64,000 bases of DNA. It comes from Candidatus Hermodarchaeota archaeon (GTDB lineage Archaea; Asgardarchaeota; Lokiarchaeia; Sigyniarchaeales; SOKP01). The stretch lies in assembly GCA_048885525.1 (NCBI GenBank), contig JBHLLP010000001.1, forward strand, positions 32,001 through 96,000, given 5' to 3'. Below are positions 29,472 to 39,535 of the stretch, one piece after another. Position 1 is the stretch's first letter. The number at the start of each line of letters is the position of its first letter. The notes beneath the pieces are model-generated. The model was not told the origin of the DNA. It ran no database searches and saw only the letters and a program-made list of their open reading frames with translations. The position numbers and the translations under genes are program-made.

Positions 29472-29762
29472 ATGAAATTAAAACTTGAATTTTCTCCTCC
29501 ATTTAATGAAGTTACTAAAAATCTGTTTGAAACTCTTGAATTTGATAAAGAACTGACTTTAAATGAATTGATAGAATTTTTTGGACAAAAATTTGGAGAT
29601 AAATTTACAGATTTAGTCTGGGAAAAAGGAGAAAAAGGAAAATTTAACAAACTTCTTTCTATCATTATTAATGGGAGAAGCTATCAGCATGATAAGTTTT
29701 TAGAAACAAAACTGAAAGATGGAGACCAGATTGTTTTCATTTATATTTACTTTGGTGGATAA
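29472..29762 (+). CDS. MoaD/ThiS/SAMP ubiquitin-like protein
   Basis: IIING..., LKDGDQI, C-terminal GG. Confidence 0.88.
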   Translation: MKLKLEFSPPFNEVTKNLFETLEFDKELTLNELIEFFGQKFGDKFTDLVWEKGEKGKFNKLLSIIINGRSYQHDKFLETKLKDGDQIVFIYIYFGG

Positions 29763-29789
29763 CTGCATAAAAAAAGTTAAATTCCTTCT

Positions 29790-30821
29790 CTAAAGTAAAA
29801 TTATTATCCAGATTCCAAATCCAGTTAATAATGGATTTAATATATTATCCGAAATAGTTTTTACATAGGCATCTATTAGCATAAATAATGAACTAGCAAC
29901 TAAACTCATTATAATAATTTTCTCAATAGTTATAGGCAACCATGGATAATATAATAACGATATAACAATAACAATAATGAATGTCGATAAACCACCAGCG
30001 ATTAAGCCTTCAATTGTTTTTTTAGAATTTGTTTTAAGATAATGTCTCCCAAATTTTTTACCTATAATACATGCAACACCATCAGCGCCAGTAGTTATTA
30101 AGGCGACAGCAGCAAAAACGGGAAAAGGTGCAAAAATGAAAGGCGAAAAGGATAAAACTAATGGTGTGGATGCTATAAAAGTATGTAATTCGTTCTGTTT
30201 CATATCTAAATACCACTTTCTAGCCCAGTTTGGAAGCATGTGATACTTATTCAATCGGGTAAGGTCTGCTACTTGAAACATAAAAACAAAGCCATAGCCA
30301 ACAGTAATAATTAACCAATAAGAAAAACTGTAATTATCTAATCCCCAACGCGTTAAAATTCCAAGATTATCAAGGATGGTTCCTAATGTCCAAAAGAAAA
30401 AAATCACAAAACATGTGAATAAATGTAGAAATTTTCTTCCTAATTCACTTTTTATATCATCTACCCAGTTTTTATTGAATTCTCCACAAAATTTATTATA
30501 ATCTCTCTCTGCCATAATTTCAGGATTTTTTTTTGAAATAACGTCATTATATATTAATGTTATAGTCCAAATTCCTATTTCAATTAAAAAAAAGATAGAT
30601 GTAAAAAGCCATAAATAATTTAATGAATTTTGACTCAAATTAGGTGAATGAAATCGATACATAAAAGGAAACAGAATTCCTGCTAACAAAAATAGAAATG
30701 CTAATAATAATTCATTGATAAATAAACGGTTTTCAATCTTAATTTTTCTATTTTTAAAAATATATAAAAAGGTTAAAATAAAATATCCGATGAAGATTAG
30801 GCTTGTAGGCAAAAAATACAT
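29790..30821 (-). CDS. Dolichol/phytol kinase-like (CTP-transferase family) membrane protein
   Basis: RKFLH, ADGVACIIGKKFG, KKTIEG, SDN. Confidence 0.8.
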   Translation of the reverse strand: MYFLPTSLIFIGYFILTFLYIFKNRKIKIENRLFINELLLAFLFLLAGILFPFMYRFHSPNLSQNSLNYLWLFTSIFFLIEIGIWTITLIYNDVISKKNPEIMAERDYNKFCGEFNKNWVDDIKSELGRKFLHLFTCFVIFFFWTLGTILDNLGILTRWGLDNYSFSYWLIITVGYGFVFMFQVADLTRLNKYHMLPNWARKWYLDMKQNELHTFIASTPLVLSFSPFIFAPFPVFAAVALITTGADGVACIIGKKFGRHYLKTNSKKTIEGLIAGGLSTFIIVIVISLLYYPWLPITIEKIIIMSLVASSLFMLIDAYVKTISDNILNPLLTGFGIWIIILL

Positions 30822-30897
30822 ATTGTTAACCTTTAAAGGTGTATAATTTAAAAATTTTTACAGCTTCAGCTTTAGATAAAATCTATTTCACTACTCA

Positions 30898-32001
30898 TTA
30901 AAACCACTGTAAAACGAATGAATAATAATTAAAATTTAGAAAAAATCTCAAGAGCACATATGTTAAACTACAGCCAATAGGGATTAATAGATTATCAGAT
31001 AGTTTAATAGGTATATTTGTAAAGATATCAAAAATTAAAAAAATTAGTGACATAATTCCACCCCAGTAAACCCCAATAAAGAACAAGCAAATTATAAAGG
31101 TTGTTATCATTCCGGCTAATGTTCCTTCCCAAGTTTTTTTTTTATTCCATAGGATTCTACTACTTCCGAACCTTATACCAACTTGACTTGTTACCAAATC
31201 ACTAATAGAACTTATACCTAAAATTGTAAAAAATACCATTGGAGGACAAATAAATGCCGCAAACATTTGACCAATCGCAAAATAAAGATATGTGCCATAA
31301 CTTTCTCTTTCTTCATCAGAAAGATATAGTTTCGGGAAAATAGTAAAAGGGAAAGAAAAAAAGCGAGATTTACGCGCAAACTCATTAGCAAGCATAAATA
31401 AACTCAATATATAGAAAAAGAAAAAGAGGAGATAATAAAACCACCCAAATGAAAACATAATATCCCTAATAGAATTTTGATCATTTATAATTTTTAGATA
31501 GACTAATAACATATTATTTTCACGAGGAATCATTCCTGCTGAGGAACCAGAAAAGAATACAACTAAATATAATCCAATATACCATACTACTAAAAGACCA
31601 ATGAAAATTAAAACATGATTTACCTTTCGAAGAGTATCTTTTTTAGCTTTGCTCCAAATTTTTCTTTTTTGTTCCAACGTATTATTTAACTTCGAGAGAC
31701 CTTTTTTTACAGTTTTTTTACTTAAAGATGCTATCCCCGTAGAGATTATAATTAATACGCTTATCAAACCTAATGGAACCAATAAAGCAAAAATAAACAA
31801 AGGAACTAATATAGCTGGAAATAATTTTTCCCGATTCATTAATAAAAGAAAAATAGCGATATGAACAAATACAAAAAATAGAATACCAAATCCAAAGAAG
31901 TTATTTAAAGTATCTGGTTTATATGAAAAATATAAATAATTAAAAAGAATAATAAAAAAAGAGAAAATGACTAATGAAAACCAGATTAGAAAGTATTCCA
32001 T
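30898..32001 (-). CDS. Dolichol/phytol kinase-like membrane protein (tandem paralogue)
   Basis: RKVNH, SDLVTSQVGIRFG, KKTWEG, SDNLLIP. Confidence 0.8.
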   Translation of the reverse strand: MEYFLIWFSLVIFSFFIILFNYLYFSYKPDTLNNFFGFGILFFVFVHIAIFLLLMNREKLFPAILVPLFIFALLVPLGLISVLIIISTGIASLSKKTVKKGLSKLNNTLEQKRKIWSKAKKDTLRKVNHVLIFIGLLVVWYIGLYLVVFFSGSSAGMIPRENNMLLVYLKIINDQNSIRDIMFSFGWFYYLLFFFFYILSLFMLANEFARKSRFFSFPFTIFPKLYLSDEERESYGTYLYFAIGQMFAAFICPPMVFFTILGISSISDLVTSQVGIRFGSSRILWNKKKTWEGTLAGMITTFIICLFFIGVYWGGIMSLIFLIFDIFTNIPIKLSDNLLIPIGCSLTYVLLRFFLNFNYYSFVLQWF

Positions 32002-32165
32002 AATTTAAATAACCTAATTTATAATTGTAATATATTTGGTCTTAAAAATTAATTAAATCTATCGATTTTATGCTTCAATAAAATTATTAATTTTAAAATA
32101 AACCTTATGAAAAAATTTACAAAATAACTGCTCTTATAATATGTTAGTCTTTAAATTCTAAGCAT

Positions 32166-32783
32166 GTGGGACCAAGTTTGAAAAAAATTATCTTAGCTTC
32201 TAAATCAATTGATCGGAGCGAATTATTTAGATTAGCAGAAATTCCATTTGAAAACTTTGTTACCAATGTTGATGAAGAAAAATATAAAAAATCTATTTCA
32301 GATGTGAATGAACTGGTAAAAGAACTTGCTAAAGTTAAAGCCTTATTTGCTAAAAAAAAATTAAATATTAGAAATGAAGATGCTATAATCGTTGCTGCTG
32401 ATACTATAATAGAACTTGATGGAAAAATTATCGGGAAAGCTAAAAATGAAAAAGAAGCATTCGATATCCTCAAAAAAATGATGGGTAGAACACATAGGCT
32501 CATAACAGGAATTGCTATTACTGAAAGTAAAAACCCAAAAATAATTGTGGATTCAGATATTACATTAGTTGAATTTCTTCCACTTTCTGATAAAGAAATA
32601 AGAGAATATATTAAAACTAACGAATGGAAGGGACGTGCTGGAGCTTATTCAATAAAAGATAAGGCAAGTTTGTTTATAAACAAAATAAATGGTTCTTCAT
32701 CTAATGTAATTGGCTTACCTATGCATAAATTATATCTGATAATGAGAAAAGAATTTCAATATAATTTATTTCAAACGGGGTGA
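32166..32783 (+). CDS. maf: Maf family nucleoside triphosphate pyrophosphatase
   Basis: IILASKS..R, AADT, IIGK, AGAY, NVIGLP. Confidence 0.9.
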   Translation: MGPSLKKIILASKSIDRSELFRLAEIPFENFVTNVDEEKYKKSISDVNELVKELAKVKALFAKKKLNIRNEDAIIVAADTIIELDGKIIGKAKNEKEAFDILKKMMGRTHRLITGIAITESKNPKIIVDSDITLVEFLPLSDKEIREYIKTNEWKGRAGAYSIKDKASLFINKINGSSSNVIGLPMHKLYLIMRKEFQYNLFQTG

Positions 32784-32794
32784 TTTAAATTTTA

Positions 32795-33367
32795 ATGTCT
32801 GAGAAAATTAATATTTGTGTAGGCTCTTTAAATCCTACAAAAATTGAAGCTGTAAAGTCAGCTTTTTGTAGATATTATAAGAATTTTGAAGTTCAAAATA
32901 TTAAGGTACATTCAAAAGTATCAAATCAACCAATCGGATTTATAAATATTATCGATGGGGCAATTAATAGAGCTAAACAATCACTAAATTATATAATTGA
33001 AAGAAAAAAGATCTTCAATAATATTTTCGGTATTGGAATTGAAGCAGGGCTAGCCACAGTACCTTATACTAAATCAGGATTCATGGATTTTCAATTTTGT
33101 GCAATAATTGATGAACAGAAACACTTATCACTCGGTTCTGGTATTGCTTTTGAATATCCCAAGTTTATAGTAGAACAAGTTTTGCAAGATCCAGATAAAG
33201 AAATTGGTGAAATTGTAGGAAAACTTGCAAATAATGAAAATTTAAAAAATGAAAAAGGTGCAATAAGTTTTCTAAGTAAAAATTCAATTACAAGAACAGA
33301 AATCCTTACTCAAGCAGTAATTTGTGCGTTATTACCTTTCATTAATGAAGAATTATATAATGTTTAA
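32795..33367 (+). CDS. yjjX: Inosine/xanthosine triphosphatase (YjjX/DUF84)
   Basis: VGSLNPTKI, VSNQP, GAINRA, GIEAG, GAISFLS...TR. Confidence 0.88.
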   Translation: MSEKINICVGSLNPTKIEAVKSAFCRYYKNFEVQNIKVHSKVSNQPIGFINIIDGAINRAKQSLNYIIERKKIFNNIFGIGIEAGLATVPYTKSGFMDFQFCAIIDEQKHLSLGSGIAFEYPKFIVEQVLQDPDKEIGEIVGKLANNENLKNEKGAISFLSKNSITRTEILTQAVICALLPFINEELYNV

Positions 33368-33395
33368 ATAACGAAAATGGAGAAATAGTTCTTGA

Positions 33396-33566
33396 TTATT
33401 TTCCCGAAAATTCTTTCCAAACTTTTAAATCTTCATAAAATTTCAGTATCTTTTCAAATTTGGAAATTTTATTCTCATAATAAGTACGATCAGCATACTT
33501 TCTTTTAGATAACTCTTTTGCGGCTAAAATTCCACTTTTATAACGATTTATTTTTTCATCAATCAC
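33396..33566 (-). CDS. Unannotated 56-aa hypothetical protein
   Basis: GTG start; MIDEKINRYKSGILAAKELSKRKYADRTYYENKISKFEKILKFYEDLKVWKEFSGK; fills the gap. Confidence 0.55.
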   Translation of the reverse strand: MIDEKINRYKSGILAAKELSKRKYADRTYYENKISKFEKILKFYEDLKVWKEFSGK

Positions 33567-33648
33567 ATTTTTTTTTCATTTTTATTATTACTTAAAACAA
33601 AAAAATATCGTGATAATATTGTATTAAAAAAATTGAAATCGAAGGATG

Positions 33649-34638
33649 TTAATTTAAAGTCATTATTTTTTCTAATTCATCTTCTTTGATGTTTAAAATT
33701 CCTACTTCTGTTAATCTTTCAGTAAGTAAACGCCAATTTTTATCTTTTTTAAAAATTTGGTTAAATAAAACTAAAGCATCATTCAATCTGTTATTATTAG
33801 CTAAAGATATTGCTGTCCAATACTTCATTTCAAGATTTTCTGGAAACATTTCCATAGCAGCATTATATTCTTTAAGAGCTTCACCCATATCTCTATGTTC
33901 AATCGCAAGATCCCCATTATTCATATGTTCATATGCACGCCATACTTTCAATAATCTGCTTATTTCCTTTAAGGGTTCTATATGATCCTCTACTCTGAGA
34001 TCAATCATGGGATCTTCCCATTTATTTTCTGGAGCCTCTCCACTAACTATTAATAAAGCAGCAGATTGCTTTCCTCGTATATCACCTCCAACTGATTCTG
34101 CTGCTTCTAAGCATTTAATTATTCGTTCTGGTAAAGGTAACCTATTATGCTTTTCATAAGCTTTCTTCATCGTAGGCCAGACTTTATCACAAAACATCAT
34201 ATTTGCTTGAACAGAAAAATTATCACCCACTGCATGCCCTGCATACTTTATGCATTTTGAACCTGTATGCGTGGCAACTCTTCCTTGAGTATCTAGAATG
34301 GCTACTTGCCTTAGATCTCTCCCGTCATCATCTGAAAGCAATATTTCAATAGCTTTTTGAGGAGATTTACCTTGTTTTAAAAGTTCAAGGCCTCTTAATC
34401 CAAAAGAGACATTAACAAGTGATTGTGTAGCAACTACACCAGTACCAGCTTCACCCCACGAGACAATAGTCCCCACTGAAAACCAGTGACTTTGTACTCC
34501 GACTCCCATTTCACCAGTTTTGGGATCTCTAGCGACAATAGAATATGTATGAGCAAAAATCTTACTATTAGATTGATCATTTTTGTGAATCATATTTATT
34601 AGACTAGCTTGAATATTAAATAAAGCTTTATTATTCAT
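33649..34638 (-). CDS. DUF1028 (Ntn-hydrolase-like) protein with C-terminal TPR
   Basis: HTYSIVARD, GVVATQS, VQANMM, GGDIRGKQSAAL, DLRVEDH..P. Confidence 0.88.
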   Translation of the reverse strand: MNNKALFNIQASLINMIHKNDQSNSKIFAHTYSIVARDPKTGEMGVGVQSHWFSVGTIVSWGEAGTGVVATQSLVNVSFGLRGLELLKQGKSPQKAIEILLSDDDGRDLRQVAILDTQGRVATHTGSKCIKYAGHAVGDNFSVQANMMFCDKVWPTMKKAYEKHNRLPLPERIIKCLEAAESVGGDIRGKQSAALLIVSGEAPENKWEDPMIDLRVEDHIEPLKEISRLLKVWRAYEHMNNGDLAIEHRDMGEALKEYNAAMEMFPENLEMKYWTAISLANNNRLNDALVLFNQIFKKDKNWRLLTERLTEVGILNIKEDELEKIMTLN

Positions 34639-34734
34639 ATTCTAAATCTTTTAATATTATGGAATAAAAAAAATTAAATTCTTTTATTATTTGGAATCTT
34701 TAATACAATTATTCAAAAAAAAAGATGATCTTAA

Positions 34735-35070
34735 ATGACAAAGAAGTATAAAAATGAAGGGCTAATGAAAGTTTTAGTAATTCTCGGTGCGTTAGTAGGA
34801 TTAGTAACATTGATTTTAAGATTAGCAGGATTGGAAAGTTATGGATTAGTTGCTCCCTTAGTAGCTCTCGACATTATTATTGTTTTCATCATTGGTTTAG
34901 GTATTGTCATTATCACATTCTGGGTAGGATTTAAACCAAATGACCCAATTCCATTTCATTGGTTAATGTTAATAATACTTGCTATTCTTTTAGTAGTATT
35001 TGGTGCTGGAATATGGAGTTGTGTATTGGTAATAATTGCAGCACTTATAGGTATAATAGAAGAGCTATAA
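34735..35070 (+). CDS. Small hydrophobic membrane protein
   Basis: Four TM-like segments. Confidence 0.75.
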   Translation: MTKKYKNEGLMKVLVILGALVGLVTLILRLAGLESYGLVAPLVALDIIIVFIIGLGIVIITFWVGFKPNDPIPFHWLMLIILAILLVVFGAGIWSCVLVIIAALIGIIEEL

Positions 35071-35125
35071 AATTATAAACTAAATTAATTTTTTATTTTT
35101 TTTTCTTGTTTTTGAAAAGAGTTTT

Positions 35126-36004
35126 TTAAGAACTTGCATTTTCTAGAAAATATTTAATAATTTTTTCAGCAATATTTATATCTGTAACTTTTTGTAATGC
35201 TGTAAATCCCGGAATGGAATTGACCTCCAAAACAGTAAGCCCTTTTTCGCATTCTATTATATCAACTCCTGCAATTTCAGTTTTAGTTATATTTGCTGCC
35301 TTAATCGCAAGATTTTTCATATCACCAGTTAATTCTATAGGTTCAGCTCTCGCACCAGAATAGATATTTGTTTTCCAGCTATCGCCTACTCTATACATCC
35401 CGGTGACAACCTCATTTCCCAATACTAAAATTCTAATATCTCGATTCCCATGTTCAACAAATTCTTGTAAATAAAAAACTTGATTCAACTGACCCAGAGA
35501 ATAAATAATATTTTCAGCAAAAGCCCTATCATTCAATCTTGTTATTCCTATACCTTTAGAACCATACAGGGGCTTCAAGACACAATCTCCTCCTAATTCA
35601 TCAAAAGCTTCTAAAGCTTTATGAGGATCTTCACAAATTACGGTCTTTGGAGTTGGAATATTATGATTTTCTAAAAAAACGGAAGTTAAAAATTTATCAC
35701 TTGCTATTTCTAAAGATTCTCTTGAATTAATCAATCTGACATCATATTCTTCTATAGCTCTTAGAATATCAAGCCTAAAAAAAATCTTTTGAGTAGCTGC
35801 GGCTCCAAAACCTCTTACAAGAGCAGCCTTAGGTTCGAGAGATTCAAATTGTTTGTAAAAATCCCGTTGAAAGCCTATTCCTACTTTAATCATTGAAGGG
35901 ATAAAATAATGAGTATCATAACCACATTTTTTCAATTCATTAGTTAATATTTGAACTTCGGGGTCTTTAGAATTAGGAGTTATAATCATTGATTTCATTT
36001 TCAT
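35126..36004 (-). CDS. RimK/LysX/MptN family ATP-grasp ligase
   Basis: DKF, PTPKT, VLKPLYGSKG, QEFV, RDIR, WKTN, GVD, LEVNS.PG. Confidence 0.88.
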   Translation of the reverse strand: MKMKSMIITPNSKDPEVQILTNELKKCGYDTHYFIPSMIKVGIGFQRDFYKQFESLEPKAALVRGFGAAATQKIFFRLDILRAIEEYDVRLINSRESLEIASDKFLTSVFLENHNIPTPKTVICEDPHKALEAFDELGGDCVLKPLYGSKGIGITRLNDRAFAENIIYSLGQLNQVFYLQEFVEHGNRDIRILVLGNEVVTGMYRVGDSWKTNIYSGARAEPIELTGDMKNLAIKAANITKTEIAGVDIIECEKGLTVLEVNSIPGFTALQKVTDINIAEKIIKYFLENASS

Positions 36005-36079
36005 TTCACGAAAAAATAAATTACTTAATTAATCTATAGCACTAATTTTTAAATAAATTTAAGTTCATATAAAATATAT

Positions 36080-36700
36080 ATGAATTCAATGGATCCTAAA
36101 GACACTGAAAATGAAATTGAAAATCTCTCACATATATTAAGTAAGATTCAAACTCTATATTATAAAAAAAAAGAGCAACTCGAAGAATTACAATTAGAAA
36201 TAAGTGAATTGAGAGAAGTTTTAAATTTCTTAAATTCATTGATATCTGGTAAATCATTTTACAGCGCAGACGAGTTTTACTCAAAATCACTTATCAAAAA
36301 AGGCGATGAATCAATTGAAGAACGATATTTTGTAGAGGAAGTTTCAAAAGAAAAGGTTGAAGGAACAAATATCAAAAGAAAGATATTTTCCAAAGGAAAG
36401 AATAAAGAGGATGAGTTGCTATGCATCTTAAATTTCTATGACTTTAATAGGGTTGAGATAAAAATTATCGATCCAGAAAAGCGTTTAATAAAGGAATCTT
36501 CTGAAGATTTTATCCGAATATTTATTAGAGGAGCTCTTATAAAAATCAAAGAAGAGAATCCAAATATGAGTTTAAAGTATGACTATTTTAAGAGTTCAGA
36601 GCTAATAGAATATATTATTATTACTAAATTAAAATCAATAAAGGAATATGATATAATAACTTCAAAAATGAGAGAGCTTTTAGCTAAAGAAGTCAAATAG
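36080..36700 (+). CDS. Hypothetical protein with N-terminal coiled coil
   Basis: Heptad-like LEELQLEISELREVL. Confidence 0.72.
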   Translation: MNSMDPKDTENEIENLSHILSKIQTLYYKKKEQLEELQLEISELREVLNFLNSLISGKSFYSADEFYSKSLIKKGDESIEERYFVEEVSKEKVEGTNIKRKIFSKGKNKEDELLCILNFYDFNRVEIKIIDPEKRLIKESSEDFIRIFIRGALIKIKEENPNMSLKYDYFKSSELIEYIIITKLKSIKEYDIITSKMRELLAKEVK

Positions 36701-36884
36701 GATAACGAATTGTTATTTTAGCAATTATAACGTTAAATTACTGAGAAGAACTTATTTAAGATAAATGATTTCATTTGCAAAATATTATATTGAGATAATA
36801 TATTGTTTAATTAAAATGGGAAAAATTAATTATACAGCAATTCTTATTTATTTTAACTTAATTACCACATAGTGTCTAATAATA

Positions 36885-37697
36885 ATGGCAAAGAAAAAAT
36901 CTTGGTTACAAATGCCAAAAGTCCACTCGAAATTTCATGATGAAAAACTTGAAAGTGTTTTAATTGAAAAGTCTTTAGATTTTTTAACTGGTGAAAAAAG
37001 TGAAGCGCCCTCTTTTTTATTTCTTTCAGGAGCTTTTTTTGATGTAAAATCATTCGCTTATTCCGGATTAAGAGCTTGGAAAGGTGCTGTAAAACCATCT
37101 GAAGATAATGGTGGGAGAAGACCTGTGTTGGAAGCTACTTTTGCATCATTATCTGTATATTTAAGTTCATTATTAGCGCTCCAAGCAGATTTTTATTTTG
37201 CATATGATGAAATTAAAGAGATCTTGTTAGAAAAAAAAAGAGAAGATCTCTGGACAATTGTCTCAGAGAAGTTGCCATTTATCTCTATCCCTCCAAAAGA
37301 AATGTATGGAACACAAGTATCTCCAATTTCTCCTTATTTTATAATTAAACAAGATGAAGAACTTACATTGGGAGAAATTTATCCTTCAGCATATTTATCT
37401 CAAATTATAAGGAATATTAAAACAAGGTTTTTTGTTTTTTTCCAATACCAAGGATATTCTGCTTTTGGGTTTTTCAACACACTACCTGATCTTTCTAAAT
37501 TTGGATTTGAGGAACACGCTAAAGATTTTGATGGGGATCCTACAGCAGAGAATCTAATCAAATATTCAAAAAATGCAAAAAATGTTAAAGAAATATTAAT
37601 AGCACTTATTCACGCTCACAATAACGCTTTACTTGAACAATTTTTGATACCTGATTATGAATTATTATTAAATAAACTACTGGAGGGAGAAGCTTAG
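36885..37697 (+). CDS. Hypothetical protein abutting a small GTPase gene
   Basis: 270-aa ORF; stop directly adjacent to the next TTG. Confidence 0.75.
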   Translation: MAKKKSWLQMPKVHSKFHDEKLESVLIEKSLDFLTGEKSEAPSFLFLSGAFFDVKSFAYSGLRAWKGAVKPSEDNGGRRPVLEATFASLSVYLSSLLALQADFYFAYDEIKEILLEKKREDLWTIVSEKLPFISIPPKEMYGTQVSPISPYFIIKQDEELTLGEIYPSAYLSQIIRNIKTRFFVFFQYQGYSAFGFFNTLPDLSKFGFEEHAKDFDGDPTAENLIKYSKNAKNVKEILIALIHAHNNALLEQFLIPDYELLLNKLLEGEA

Positions 37698-38333
37698 TTG
37701 GTTAATATCGGTTTATTAGGAGATGTGTCTGTAGGAAAAACAAGTATTCTTCGTTTATTTGTTCGATATTTAAAGAAAGGAGATATAGAAAAGGTCAAAG
37801 GTGGAATAAAATGTTCTGTAGTTAAAGCTGATTTTTCTGGAGAAGCTACAGTTCCTGGAGGAGAGAAAGAAGATGCCTTAAATGAAAAGGAAACTAAAAC
37901 TATTCACCCTAATAGAATCGTATTTAGAGAAGATGAATCAAATAAAGCTCATACAATCTTTGCCCCTGGTGGAGATCGAGCTAGAGCCGTAGTTAAAATG
38001 GGTATCATAACAATTTCTAGAATTGCAACCCAAATTATAGCAGTCTTTTCTCTTGATCGAGATCTACCAAATCAATTTGAATTTTTCAATGATGTTAGAT
38101 TTTTTCCCGATAAAATTTATGTTTGCATAAATAAAATCGATTTAGTTGAAGGAGATAAAGAGAAAAAACTAAATGAGGTAAAAAAGCAGATAAAAGATTT
38201 TTTCGAAGCCCGAAAAATAGCCATTAATGAAACTTTTATAACATGTGGCGAAACCATTGAAGGATTTGAAGATGTTGAAACATACAATAATCAAGTCGCA
38301 GAAATGATTTTAGAAATTACTACAAAACATTAA
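37698..38333 (+). CDS. Ras-superfamily/MglA-like small GTPase with atypical G3
   Basis: G1 GDVSVGKTS, G2-like TKTI, APGG in place of DxxG, G4 NKID. Confidence 0.8.
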   Translation: MVNIGLLGDVSVGKTSILRLFVRYLKKGDIEKVKGGIKCSVVKADFSGEATVPGGEKEDALNEKETKTIHPNRIVFREDESNKAHTIFAPGGDRARAVVKMGIITISRIATQIIAVFSLDRDLPNQFEFFNDVRFFPDKIYVCINKIDLVEGDKEKKLNEVKKQIKDFFEARKIAINETFITCGETIEGFEDVETYNNQVAEMILEITTKH

Positions 38334-38346
38334 TCATTTTACTTCT

Positions 38347-38862
38347 TTAATCTCTCAATTTAAAAGCAATTTTTAAAAATAATTTCTCTAAATTGAGTAA
38401 ATACCCTATTAATGGAGTTAGACTAACTATATTCAAGTTTTTTTCAAAAATTACAAATCCCATTTTTTCTAATTCTTTAACATCTTCCAGAACTCCTTTT
38501 TTCTTACGAATTTCTTTTATTTTTTGAAAATTAGTTACACCTTGGCTACTAAAAGAACTTATCAATATAGAAAATAATGTAGCTGCTAATCTAGGTTTTC
38601 CATCAAATGGATTAGCTGAGATAAGTTCAGTAGTTTCTGACTCAAATGATATATACCAGTAAGAATTCAGAGGATTAAATCTAACTTGAAGACCTAAAGG
38701 TTCAAGATAATTAGATAAGTTTTTAATTAAGTTTTGGAAATAAATGTTTTTATTTTTATCTTTAACATTTAAAGCATTAAGAATTTCATTTCTTGTTGCC
38801 CCTATTTGTGAGATATTGTCTTTCTTACTTAAATAATGCATTAATATACTCAATTCATTCAC
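38347..38862 (-). CDS. KITE-family (ScpB/Nse1/Nse3-like) tandem winged-helix SMC subunit
   Basis: LSNYLEPLGLQVRF..WYIS; VKELEKMGFV; last gene of the smc operon, overlaps the kleisin gene. Confidence 0.65.
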   Translation of the reverse strand: MNELSILMHYLSKKDNISQIGATRNEILNALNVKDKNKNIYFQNLIKNLSNYLEPLGLQVRFNPLNSYWYISFESETTELISANPFDGKPRLAATLFSILISSFSSQGVTNFQKIKEIRKKKGVLEDVKELEKMGFVIFEKNLNIVSLTPLIGYLLNLEKLFLKIAFKLRD

Positions 38863-39526
38863 TTTTTATTCTATCCTCCTGTAAATATAAAAAATTCGTT
38901 TCTTTTTGATAATTTAATCTACCTAACTGGAGTAAGTGTAAGAGATATACAAAATATTCAAAAATTTTAATTTGATCTTCCTCACCATCAAAAATTTCAT
39001 CATAGGAACATGGTAATTTGTGTTTGATAGACTCAAAAAATGCGTCCATTTTCTCAGTGAACTTTTTGTCAAATATTTCCAATAAGAAGTTGGTTTTTAT
39101 ATCAATTTTATCAATAGGTTCAATTGAAAAGAGGTCTTGTTTATCAGCAATTAGTCGCTCTATAGAATATTCAAGAAATTCCAATGAGAGTGTTTTGATG
39201 GTGAAAGGTTTCATCCAACAATCTTCTAGCAATTCACTTATTTCGAAATCTTTAGGGTTTGTCTTTATGAAGTTTATAAATTTATCTTTGTTATCTAAAT
39301 AGCTTAAGTATATTTTTAATTCTTCAAATTTTTGACTAAGTAGTTTAAATGCACTTGTATACGTGATTGAATATTTATCAATGTTATAGATATTAAGAGA
39401 ATCTTTTAAATTCTCAAAAATTGGGAATAATTCAACATCCAAAAGTGATAATTCTCCCGAAAGAACTTTTTTTTTAATATCTTCGATTTTTTTGTTTATT
39501 TCTTTAGATAAATCTTGATGATCCAT
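38855..39526 (-). CDS. Kleisin (ScpA/Nse4-like)
   Basis: N-terminal LSLLDVEL and C-terminal FVYLLHLLQLGRL..Q wHTH cap; directly after smc. Confidence 0.72.
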   Translation of the reverse strand: MDHQDLSKEINKKIEDIKKKVLSGELSLLDVELFPIFENLKDSLNIYNIDKYSITYTSAFKLLSQKFEELKIYLSYLDNKDKFINFIKTNPKDFEISELLEDCWMKPFTIKTLSLEFLEYSIERLIADKQDLFSIEPIDKIDIKTNFLLEIFDKKFTEKMDAFFESIKHKLPCSYDEIFDGEEDQIKIFEYFVYLLHLLQLGRLNYQKETNFLYLQEDRIKSE

Positions 39527-39535
39527 TTTTAACCA

